A stretch of 64,000 bases of DNA. Source: Patescibacteria group bacterium. GTDB lineage: Bacteria > Patescibacteriota > Patescibacteriia > SG8-24 > DYFX01. Below the pieces are notes generated by a model. That model was not told the origin of the DNA, did not search any database, and saw nothing but the letters and a program-made list of their open reading frames with translations. A program made the translations under genes and the position numbers. Below are positions 44,901 through 52,700 of the stretch, in pieces (the first letter of the stretch is position 1; every line of letters starts with the position of its first letter). The stretch spans positions 245,453-309,452 of the forward strand of contig CP129476.1 of assembly GCA_030583805.1 (NCBI GenBank). The letters run 5' to 3'.

Positions 44901-46125
44901 GCGGCAGATACGCCTCGAATCCGGCGCAGCGCTGCGGCCCGTCGATCGCGCCGAGACAGTTCGGGTCGGCGCAATCCGTCTCGCTATCAAGATCGTTATC
45001 GAGCCCGTCGAAACACTGCGAAGGCGTGTCGATGAAGGTGCCTGTCGGAACATCGTAGCGCAGACGCTCGTTGACGGTGCACGTCCCCTGCCCTTGGCAG
45101 TCGTAATCGCGGCAATCGACGCCCGTGCCGGCGTTGGCGTCGATGTTTGACGCGTAATCTTGGTCGCGATCGTTGTCGATCGAATCGATGCAGGAGGTCT
45201 CGGTCGCGGCGCAGTCTTGAAAGCCCGTTTTCCAGCAGCCCGTGATGGCCGCGTTGTCGGTGCAATCGATCATGCCGTTACCGTCGTTATCAAACGCGTC
45301 CGCGCAGTTGCCATGCGCCGGTCCGCCGTTTTCCGGACCGCAAAACCTGGTTTCCGCGGCGTTGCCAGGAAGACCGTTGCACTGCGGATCGCTGCAGTCC
45401 GTAAGCCCGTCACCGTCGTTATCGAGACTGTCGTTGCATGTGGACTCCGGAGCCTGGCAAACGCTGGTCGGACCGATGCTCTCACCGAGGCAATCGCTGT
45501 CAGCACAATCAAGGCGGTAATCGAGGTCGTTATCGACCGCGTCGTTGCACTGGCGATAGCTCCCGCCGAACAGCGGGGCGAGAGAAGCGCCTTCGTCGGT
45601 ATTCGTCGGCGAAGCGGCGTCCACGGACACGTTGAACGGCGGCACGATCGTTGCGGCGCCATACTGCGCGAATTCAAGCGTGACGGCGATCACGCCGTCC
45701 GGAGGCGACGCGTAGCGCAGTTCCTGCACGAAATCAAACGTCGCTCCGGCCGTACTGGTTGTCGCCGACCGTTCGATGATCGTATTGCCGATGTTCACCG
45801 TTTGATCCGGCGGCAACGACGTGGTCGGGCTGGGATTTTTCAATGACGTGTTCGAGGAGAACGCCCGGTCAACCGTAATCTTGAAACGCACCGGATTGGG
45901 GCTCGCGAGGTACGGACCGCTCCAAAAACGAATTTTGAGGCTGGAATCGGTCGTGCTGTGGTTTTGCGTCCAGGCATACGAAATCAGCTGGCCGCCGACG
46001 GTAACGGAGCCCGTGCAGACGTTGCCGGCGCAGCTCGGGTCGAGGACGGCCTGGGCTTGCTGCGAGCCGCGCCAGAGCACGAGCGCCAACGCGAGCGCCG
46101 CGACGATAAGAAAGCGCGACTTCAT
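41920..46125 (-). CDS. giant secreted protein with Cys-rich, thrombospondin-type-3-like Asp repeats
   Basis: Signal peptide (MKSRFLIVAALALALVLWRGSQQAQA). Dozens of DxDxDG/DNDxD calcium-binding-like motifs interspersed with Cys pairs. About 1400 aa. Confidence 0.7.
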   Translation of the reverse strand: MKSRFLIVAALALALVLWRGSQQAQAVLDPSCAGNVCTGSVTVGGQLISYAWTQNHSTTDSSLKIRFWSGPYLASPNPVRFKITVDRAFSSNTSLKNPSPTTSLPPDQTVNIGNTIIERSATTSTAGATFDFVQELRYASPPDGVIAVTLEFAQYGAATIVPPFNVSVDAASPTNTDEGASLAPLFGGSYRQCNDAVDNDLDYRLDCADSDCLGESIGPTSVCQAPESTCNDSLDNDGDGLTDCSDPQCNGLPGNAAETRFCGPENGGPAHGNCADAFDNDGNGMIDCTDNAAITGCWKTGFQDCAATETSCIDSIDNDRDQDYASNIDANAGTGVDCRDYDCQGQGTCTVNERLRYDVPTGTFIDTPSQCFDGLDNDLDSETDCADPNCLGAIDGPQRCAGFEAYLPPSPLGTGDPLPVYYFNFCSDGIDNDGDALMDALDPDCRNVFGECGPSPATEDYTFLSCSDSLDNDLDTAIDCADVQCRTGVKLGRAGCLNATCGAPARYALTETDAAVCTATENSANFCGDGLDNDADGQVDCSDTGCTTPAQRHGPTIGSSGVIPYFCGAESGAVTCHDGADNDSDGGTDCFDTACQDAVQCARRPGGGGWTLAASCPDIPHMTTLTPVVPGGSLNVSHRDRLYVNAPYEIRFTGSGAFTSLTIVIGDAVNPANAFPFDAGTANCALSGTGAAQLQYTSPYPSVGIINEISGETVTDFDVSLICTSTSAVPLGPEDFIVSYVANHAGVAEFGDMTLSTRVYENTPPTLPVPAVEIEGIVSGKVDVPVGASVRFQAVPNNDPSGICRCDFSLDGGAQSSGDGNCMVTAGPFVNDSPAFEIETAAVDGASNKSATSTTQTININVVPSVAQNLVLGNDINGAVVHTYRSNDAVNLNTQFRTDTLSTFASACRVFVYDQNWVGGEAVTVAMTPTVIGNTMTCQGVYNVPAGLAPGRYWIFVEGTDSSGDVVRSNAQAFLKCDLGDLGIGACKDADFDHDGAPEGRYTPNGYASPPTPTYFGLPQPRACDNCINYYNPNQSDTNANGVGDSCEASAVGRCKYKYCGSTPDDPTPGGACATDDDCTAPDLCIVVDHPMCTVNCSADADCQPPNTLSVGVCSLDWGQCDGGTDEGNCCFSNGDCLSGSCKALVDPFVETLSGQIYSAGDLQAGEAPPIYNATFCLQSGGVITNFTSERGCSLSGSPSYVQPRREANYVGSFGAIDVNGILNGKYGALASPSTVPNQLAGGVYYFPSGLTINAPITFQNSSGAARANGLVIVKGDLTINAELGYQDRNESDLKNLASVGWVVLKNDSGVGGGNVIVNGAVNNIVGAFFAEETISTGNGTSQLDATGIFVAKNFSLERQFSSRTTGSERVTFDARVILNPPPGLSDATRSLPGFRSVPGQ

Positions 46126-47555
46126 GGACGCGGAGCTTGAGGCGCGGAAGCCGGAGGATGCGGAATGCAGAGGTAGGTGATGCCGCGACAATTGCGGTCG
46201 CCGACCGTCGCCGGAGTTCCGCCGGCGCAATCGCGTTGCATGTTCGCATCGTCATCGATGTTGTCGTAGCATCGCACCTCGACAGGCACGCCGCGCGCCT
46301 TGAGCAGCGTGTACGCCAAGTCGCCTTCGGTATCGCACTGAACGAGCGCTCCGTTCGGATCGCTGTTCAAAAAGTACGCGCGTGACGGATCGGTGTTCGT
46401 GTTGCCGTCAAGGCAATACTTTGCGCGAACGGAATCGACAGCGTTGGCTCCGCCTGCGCCGGAAAACGTCCACGATTCCGGATGCACGGCGATGCGATTC
46501 GATATCACCCTCTGTTCCGATGGGACGCCCTGGATTTCGCAGCCGAACGGCGGATCCGGCGCTTGCGAGCTGAAAGACCAGAGCACGGGATTGCCGAAGG
46601 AGTCGACGACGGCGTCAGACGTCGTGGCAGAGACGGTGTAGTACTCGGTGTAGTCCGTCAGCGCCCGACGAGCGGTGATCGAGGCGGTTTTGGTGCGATA
46701 CGTGTTGTCCGACATGCGGAACACGCACCGCAGGGTTGAACCGGCAGGGGCGGAAAATTGCGTAAACGCGATCGGAATGTCGGTGAGTCGAGAGCCGGTA
46801 TTCGATGCGATCGCCGGCGAGTAGATACCCTCGATCGGCGCCACGGTCAACCAGCCGGAATCAACCCAACCGCTCGTCACGCCCCAAGAACCGTCCGGAC
46901 CGACGCATGACGCGTGCGGTTGGTTGCAGCCGAACTGGAGCCAGCCGTTACCTGTCATGTCGCCGTTGCCGTTCCATGCGTATCCATAAAACTCTCCGGC
47001 CGGCTGTGTCGCCGCCTCATCGAACGTGACGCCATAATCCGCTCCGGGGCATGAATGCGGCGATGCCGTGTTGGTTCCGACATCGGTGCAGTTCAGCGAG
47101 ATCCAGCCGCGGTAGCTCGTGCCGTCGGTTTGGCTGATGACGTACGCCCAGCCATGCAGCTGGTTGTCGTTCGTGTCGTAGCGCGCGCAGGGAACGTAAC
47201 CCGGGCAATAGTGGTCGGCAGCCGAAGCCGGACTCGAAGGCGTTCCGCTGGGCGGCACGCCGGCCGCACCCGTGCAGGTCGATCCGAAACAAATCCAACC
47301 AGCCAAGCTCGACCACGCCCATCCGGAAACATTGCCGAGTTCGTCGATGTCGATGCCGTAGTCTCCGGCCGGGCCGACGCAGCCGGTCGGGTCGGTGTTG
47401 CAGTTCATCGAAATCCAGCCCGTCGTACCAGACCACGCCCAGCCAGCGACGTTATGCGGCGCGGCTTCGGCGGCGCGCGGCGCTGCAAGAACGAAAAACA
47501 ACCCAACGCCGAAAACGAGGGTGGTGAATCTGGCAAAACGCCGAGACATCCCCAT
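46122..47555 (-). CDS. secreted Trp/Cys-rich repeat protein
   Basis: Signal peptide, then four copies of a GWAWS...GWIS(M/L)NC repeat. C-terminal DxD Cys-rich region. Its stop overlaps the start of the giant protein (ATGA). Confidence 0.6.
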   Translation of the reverse strand: MGMSRRFARFTTLVFGVGLFFVLAAPRAAEAAPHNVAGWAWSGTTGWISMNCNTDPTGCVGPAGDYGIDIDELGNVSGWAWSSLAGWICFGSTCTGAAGVPPSGTPSSPASAADHYCPGYVPCARYDTNDNQLHGWAYVISQTDGTSYRGWISLNCTDVGTNTASPHSCPGADYGVTFDEAATQPAGEFYGYAWNGNGDMTGNGWLQFGCNQPHASCVGPDGSWGVTSGWVDSGWLTVAPIEGIYSPAIASNTGSRLTDIPIAFTQFSAPAGSTLRCVFRMSDNTYRTKTASITARRALTDYTEYYTVSATTSDAVVDSFGNPVLWSFSSQAPDPPFGCEIQGVPSEQRVISNRIAVHPESWTFSGAGGANAVDSVRAKYCLDGNTNTDPSRAYFLNSDPNGALVQCDTEGDLAYTLLKARGVPVEVRCYDNIDDDANMQRDCAGGTPATVGDRNCRGITYLCIPHPPASAPQAPRP

Positions 47556-47603
47556 ATGCGAACAGTGTAGCAAATTGACGGCAGCTCCCCTATTCCTCAG
47601 ACT

Positions 47604-49427
47604 GTGAATACTATGACGCAAAAAACCACTGGCGCTGAACGTGTTCGTTGGGACCTCTCATTCCTGTATACGGGTTTTGAAGACCCCGCGCTCAAGCGCG
47701 ACCTGCAAGAGGCCCTGAAGCGCGCCGCTGCATTCCGAAAAACCTATAAGGGCCGTCTCAAGAAGAACCTGGGGGCGGCGCTGCGCTCGTATGCGGACCT
47801 GAGCGCGCGCATCGACAAGATCGGCGTCTACTTGTTTCTCGCGCACAGCACGGACGTCGAAAACGAAAAACTGAACACGGAGCGCGCGGAAGTGTCGCTG
47901 GCGCTGAGCCAAGCGTCGGGAGAGCACCTGACATTCTTCGAGCACGAGCTGGTCGCGCTTTCCGACAAAGACATCGCGCGCCAAGCCAAGAAGGACGCAT
48001 TCCTCACGAAACATCTTCCGTGGATCGCGCAAATCCGCCGTTTCAAGCCGCATCTGCTCAGCGAGGAGGTCGAAGGCGCCTTGGCGAAGCGCGGACCGTT
48101 CGGTCCTGGAGCCTGGAGCGAGTTTTATGACGAGATCGAAGCCGATCTCCGCTTCGCGCTCGACGGCAAGCAGCTCACGCTCACGGAAATTTTGCACGTC
48201 ATGAGCGACGACGCGTCGCGCGAGCGTCGTGCCAAGGCGCTCAAAGCGCTCAATGCGGGTCTGGGCGGAAGCTTTGCCAAGTATTCGGCGCAAACGCTTT
48301 GGCAAACGGCCGGCTCCGGCGCGCTTGAAGACAGGGAGCGCGGCTACAAGCACCCGATGCAGTCGAGGAACATGTCGAACCGCGTCCCAGACAAGGTGGT
48401 GGAAGCGCTTCACGCTTCGGTCACGGAAATCGGCGGCCCGCTCGCCAGGCGCTGGTACAAACTCAAGGCCAAACTGCTCGGCCTCGAGCGGCTGCGCTGG
48501 AGCGACAGGAACGCGCACCTCCCGTTTGAAGACCGCAGCCTCGTGCCGTTCGACGTCGCGCAGCACGAGATCGTGCTTCCGGCCTATGAAAGTTTCAGTC
48601 CGACGCTCGCGAAGCTGATTCGCGAGGAGCTCGTGGCAAAAAAGCGCATCGACGCGCCGGCCGGGCCGAACCGCGAGAGCGGTGCTTACTGCATGTCGTT
48701 CGTCATGCCCGACGGCACGCCGATTTCGCTCAACTTCCTGAACTATCTCGGTTCGAAGCGCGACGTCATGACGATTGCACATGAAGAAGGGCATGCGGTG
48801 CACGGCCTCTTGGCCGGCAAGGCGCAAGGCGGCCTCCAATCGCATGCGCCGATGGCCTATGCCGAAACCGCTTCCGTCTTCGGCGAGATGACGACGTTCC
48901 GTTTCCTGCGCGAACGTTTGGCGAAAAACGGCACCGCACAGGAACAGCTCGCGCTCGTCGCCGGCAAGATCGACGACATGCTGAATACCGTCGTCCGCCA
49001 GATCAGTTTTTCGAACTTCGAACGCAAGCTGCACGGTGCCGGAAAAAAAATGGCGCCATCCGACCTCGACGCGATCTGGATGGACGTCACGCGCGAACTC
49101 TATGGAAAAAACGGCGACGTTTTCGACTACGCCGACATGGAACACCTCTGGGCGTACATCGGGCATTTCCACCGGCCGTTCTACGTCTATAGCTACGCCT
49201 TCGGAGAACTCCTGACGCAGAGCCTCTACGCGCGCAAGGACGCCTACGGCAAGAAATTCGAACCGTTGTATCTCGATCTCTTGCGCGCCGGATCAACCAA
49301 AGACGCCGTCGGCCTCATGAAACCGTTCGGCCTCGATCCGAGGAAGCCCGATTTCTGGAGCGAAGGACTGAAGAACAGCCTTGGCGCGCTCGTTACGGAA
49401 GCGGAGCGGCTTGCGAAAAAACTGTAG
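47604..49427 (+). CDS. pepF: oligoendopeptidase F (M3B family)
   Basis: HEEGHAVH zinc motif (HExxH) with a downstream Glu. Length about 607 aa. Confidence 0.85.
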   Translation: MNTMTQKTTGAERVRWDLSFLYTGFEDPALKRDLQEALKRAAAFRKTYKGRLKKNLGAALRSYADLSARIDKIGVYLFLAHSTDVENEKLNTERAEVSLALSQASGEHLTFFEHELVALSDKDIARQAKKDAFLTKHLPWIAQIRRFKPHLLSEEVEGALAKRGPFGPGAWSEFYDEIEADLRFALDGKQLTLTEILHVMSDDASRERRAKALKALNAGLGGSFAKYSAQTLWQTAGSGALEDRERGYKHPMQSRNMSNRVPDKVVEALHASVTEIGGPLARRWYKLKAKLLGLERLRWSDRNAHLPFEDRSLVPFDVAQHEIVLPAYESFSPTLAKLIREELVAKKRIDAPAGPNRESGAYCMSFVMPDGTPISLNFLNYLGSKRDVMTIAHEEGHAVHGLLAGKAQGGLQSHAPMAYAETASVFGEMTTFRFLRERLAKNGTAQEQLALVAGKIDDMLNTVVRQISFSNFERKLHGAGKKMAPSDLDAIWMDVTRELYGKNGDVFDYADMEHLWAYIGHFHRPFYVYSYAFGELLTQSLYARKDAYGKKFEPLYLDLLRAGSTKDAVGLMKPFGLDPRKPDFWSEGLKNSLGALVTEAERLAKKL

Positions 49428-49432
49428 ATCCA

Positions 49433-49458
49433 AAAAACCCGGCTTGCCGGGTTTTTTA
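49433..49458. terminator. bidirectional rho-independent terminator
   Basis: AAAAAACCCGGCttgcCGGGTTTTTT. Confidence 0.8.
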
Positions 49459-49869
49459 TGCGCCGCGCTCGGCCAGGTAGTTCATAATACTCTCGATGTC
49501 GCGGCGATCCTTCTCCCTGTCCATGGCGCGCTTCATCTTTACGAGTTCTTCAAGCGGTTGGAACGGAATGTCTTCGATCATCTCCGCGCGCGCAATCAGA
49601 TCGGCGGCGTCCACGCGCTCGTTCCCGTACCACAGGTCCTTGTACGCTTCGGCGCGGCCGAACGCGAGCTTCTCGCGCTGCCGTCCGTCGATCACGACAT
49701 CGCCGTAGTTCCAACCGCGCTTTTTCAAATCTTCAAAGAGGCCCGGCGTTACGAGCAGATCGATGTCTTCGCTTTCGCGGATGCCAAGGGCGCTCATGAT
49801 GCCGCTGCCGATGACGACGTACGCTCCAATCGGAAGGTCCAGTTTCTTCACCTCCTGGATGCTGCGCAT
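49456..49869 (-). CDS. nucleotidyltransferase-fold protein (Lnu/ANT-like)
   Basis: GSG...ED.D motif (VIGSGIMSALGIRESEDIDLLV) typical of the Pol-beta-superfamily NTases. Confidence 0.45.
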   Translation of the reverse strand: MRSIQEVKKLDLPIGAYVVIGSGIMSALGIRESEDIDLLVTPGLFEDLKKRGWNYGDVVIDGRQREKLAFGRAEAYKDLWYGNERVDAADLIARAEMIEDIPFQPLEELVKMKRAMDREKDRRDIESIMNYLAERGA

Positions 49870-49873
49870 ACGC

Positions 49874-50293
49874 CTATTTTTTCGCGTGCGCGTCGAGCGC
49901 CTTGTTCACCAGCGCGTCGGCTTCGGTATTGAATTCGCGACGCACGTGCTTGAACGTAACCTTTTTGAACGCGATCTTTTCGTTGTGGATCAGCACGTAG
50001 ATGCCGGCGAGGCCGGCGTCTTTGACGCGATACTCCCCCGTCAGCTGTTTCATGGCGAGCTCAGAATCCATGCGCATCTCGAGCGTTTCGGCGCCGAGTT
50101 CGCGCGCTTTGCGGATCGCGGCCAGGATCGCCTTGTATTCGGCTTGGTTGTTGGTCGTGACGCCGATGTATTCGCCGTGTCCGGCGATCGTTTCGCCGTC
50201 AGGCGTCTTCAGTACGTAGCCGAAAGCCGCAGGACCGGGATTCCCGCGCGAGCCGCCATCGGTATAGGAGATGAGATGCGGGTATTTGGGCAT
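49874..50293 (-). CDS. rnhA: ribonuclease HI
   Basis: YTDGGSRGNPGPAAFGYVL, the NNQAEY...E and C-terminal D catalytic residues. Confidence 0.85.
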   Translation of the reverse strand: MPKYPHLISYTDGGSRGNPGPAAFGYVLKTPDGETIAGHGEYIGVTTNNQAEYKAILAAIRKARELGAETLEMRMDSELAMKQLTGEYRVKDAGLAGIYVLIHNEKIAFKKVTFKHVRREFNTEADALVNKALDAHAKK

Positions 50294-50305
50294 GGCGACA
50301 GTCTA

Positions 50306-52015
50306 TCAGGATTCTATTTTGAGATCGATCAGGCGCCCCTGCGGCTCGACGCGGCCGTTCCATTCGTTGAGATCGAGTTCGACCACGGCTTGCACGGCGC
50401 GGCCGGGCGCGCATTCTTCGACGCGTTCGCCGAAACCGAAACCAATGAGCTTCAAGCGTCCGCCGTGGTCATCGGCGACGGTCATTTGCAAATGCCTCCC
50501 ATCGGCTCCCACGAGACGCGTCGTCGCCACGCGGGCGCCGCGCAAAAGGAAACGCGGGCGCGGGTTGCCTTCGCCGTACGGTTCAAGCTGGCGGATCTGT
50601 TCGACGAGGCCTTGGGTGATTTCATGCACCGCGGCCTCCTCCTCGATTTCGACCGAGGGCGTGAGATCGGTATCTTTCAAAAGCGTGTCCGCATGCGCGA
50701 CGAACGCCTTTTTGAACGCTGCAAAATTCTCTTCGCCTTGAATCGTGAGTCCGCAGGCCGCAGGATGTCCGCCGAACTTCACGATGTGTTCGGCGCAGGC
50801 GCGCAGAGCGCCCGTCACGTCGAAACCGGGAATACTGCGTCCACTGCCGACGTATTTGCCGTTCTCGTCCTTGCCGACGGCGATCACGGGTCGATAGTGG
50901 TCGTCGACCAAGCGCGAAGCGACCAAGCCACAGAGCGCGGCCGGCCAGCCTTCGCCCGCGACCACGATCGCGGAGTTCGTCGATTGATGGTCGGCCAAAA
51001 GACGCGCTTCGATGACGATCTTCTCGGTCGCTCCTTGGCGGTCTTTGTTGTGGCCATGCAGCACTTCGGCCTTGAGCGCGGCGTCGCTTTCCGTTTCCGC
51101 GGTAAGCAGCGCGAAAGCGGCGTCGGCGTGCTCCATGCGCCCGGCAGCGTTGATCCTCGGCGCGATGCGGAAACCGATCGACTGCGCGTCGAGCGATTCG
51201 TCGCCGCGCTTCACGCCGTCGATCAGCGTTTTCAAGCCGAGGCGTTTCGTTTTGTTGAGCACCAAGAGCCCGTACTGCACGAGCGCCCGGTTCTCGCCGA
51301 TCAACTTACCCATGTCGGCGACCGTCGAGATGGAGACCATGTCGAGCAGCCACTTTTCGTGGCCAGCTGGAAGATTCCCCTCTTTCCAAAGAGCCTGACA
51401 GAGCTTGAAAGCGACGCCGCCGCCCGTGAGGTGGCGGAACGGGTAGTTCTCGCCTTCGCGCAGCGGATGAAGAATCGCGTACGCCGGCGGCAGCTCCGGC
51501 GGCAGCGTGTGATGATCGGTGATGATGGTGTCGATGCCGAACGTATTCGCGAGGGCGATCTCCTTGCCGCTTGAGATGCCGCAATCGCAGGTGATGATCA
51601 TCTTCACGCCGTCCGCGCCCATCTTCTCGATCGCCGGCGCGTTCATGCCGTAACCGTCCTTTTCGCGGTGCGGCAAGTACACCGAGACGTCGGCGCCGAG
51701 CGTTTTCAGCGTGGCGTGCAGGATGACGGAGCCGGAAACGCCGTCGGCGTCGTAATCGCCGTGCACGACGATTTTTTCGCCGTTCTTGATCGCCGTCATC
51801 AGGCGATCGACCGCCTTCTGCATGTCGTTAAACAGGAACGGATCGTGCACGTCGCGTTCCCAGGAAGGGCGCAGGAACCGCTCGGCGTCTTCGGCGGTAC
51901 GCAAACCACGGCGCCAAAGCAGCGATGCCAAAAGCCGAGGCTGCTCGGGAAATGCCTCGAACGCCTCGGCTGGTACCGGTTCCATCATCTTCCAACGCTT
52001 ACCCATGCCTTTCAT
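50306..52015 (-). CDS. recJ: single-stranded-DNA-specific exonuclease RecJ
   Basis: DHH motifs (VVHGDYDADGVSG, TDHH), DHHA1, C-terminal OB domain. Confidence 0.85.
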   Translation of the reverse strand: MKGMGKRWKMMEPVPAEAFEAFPEQPRLLASLLWRRGLRTAEDAERFLRPSWERDVHDPFLFNDMQKAVDRLMTAIKNGEKIVVHGDYDADGVSGSVILHATLKTLGADVSVYLPHREKDGYGMNAPAIEKMGADGVKMIITCDCGISSGKEIALANTFGIDTIITDHHTLPPELPPAYAILHPLREGENYPFRHLTGGGVAFKLCQALWKEGNLPAGHEKWLLDMVSISTVADMGKLIGENRALVQYGLLVLNKTKRLGLKTLIDGVKRGDESLDAQSIGFRIAPRINAAGRMEHADAAFALLTAETESDAALKAEVLHGHNKDRQGATEKIVIEARLLADHQSTNSAIVVAGEGWPAALCGLVASRLVDDHYRPVIAVGKDENGKYVGSGRSIPGFDVTGALRACAEHIVKFGGHPAACGLTIQGEENFAAFKKAFVAHADTLLKDTDLTPSVEIEEEAAVHEITQGLVEQIRQLEPYGEGNPRPRFLLRGARVATTRLVGADGRHLQMTVADDHGGRLKLIGFGFGERVEECAPGRAVQAVVELDLNEWNGRVEPQGRLIDLKIES

Positions 52016-52087
52016 CTACAGGGATGGAGGGCGTATCCGCAAGCGCGGGCTGTTGATAAATAAAAAGACCCCGAAACGCAGTCGGGA

Positions 52088-52669
52088 TCAGGAACGGAAC
52101 GGAATCGGTTCGACGGGCGGATGCGCCTTCACAGGCTTGATCCTGCCGCCCTTGATCGCAGCTTCGACCAGCAGGGCGTGCTGACGCGCTTCCGCGACGT
52201 GTCTGCGGCCCGCTTCGGTTCCGCGTCGCACTCCATCGATCAGCTGGTCGCTCGTGAGACCGCCTCGACCGACGACGGACGGCGCCGTGCCCAGGCGCTC
52301 CCGTACCAGCACCTCGATCGCCAGCCGCGCGAGATCCTCTTCCGCGTGCCGCTCGATCGGCTTGATCCTGGCGCTCCCGGTTTCGGACGGAGACAGGGAG
52401 AACTCCTCGCGCGCCGCCTGAGGAGCGAGGGCGCGGATCGCGTCCGCGATCGTCGCCATCGTGCCGTCCTCGCGGACGGCGAACGGGAGCGCAAGATCGT
52501 CTCGCGTGTAGGAAAAAATGAAGTCAGGATGCTGGAGCACGTCGTTGATCATGTTTCCCTCCGATACGCCCCCGAATGTCCAGGAGCCCGTCGGAGGGAA
52601 AGCGATCAGTAGCCCGCCGACATCGAAACGATCATCGAGACCACGACGAAGCATGACAGGATGATCCAA
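52088..52669 (-). CDS. hypothetical protein
   Basis: 193-aa GC-rich ORF between lepA and recJ. No motif recognised. The coding frame is uncertain, since a small TM peptide is encoded in another frame at 52608-52698. Confidence 0.3.
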   Translation of the reverse strand: MDHPVMLRRGLDDRFDVGGLLIAFPPTGSWTFGGVSEGNMINDVLQHPDFIFSYTRDDLALPFAVREDGTMATIADAIRALAPQAAREEFSLSPSETGSARIKPIERHAEEDLARLAIEVLVRERLGTAPSVVGRGGLTSDQLIDGVRRGTEAGRRHVAEARQHALLVEAAIKGGRIKPVKAHPPVEPIPFRS

Positions 52670-52700
52670 CCGATTTTAAGCATTTTCTTCTTGCGCATAG

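Noticed and set aside
41920-46230. Highly periodic Asp/Cys motif DNA that could suggest a CRISPR-like or satellite repeat
   Set aside because: The periodicity is at the protein-motif level (DxDxDG) inside one continuous ORF with a signal peptide. There are no identical DNA direct repeats with spacers.
49763-51574. 603-aa plus-strand ORF
   Set aside because: Antisense to rnhA and recJ, which have unambiguous motifs.
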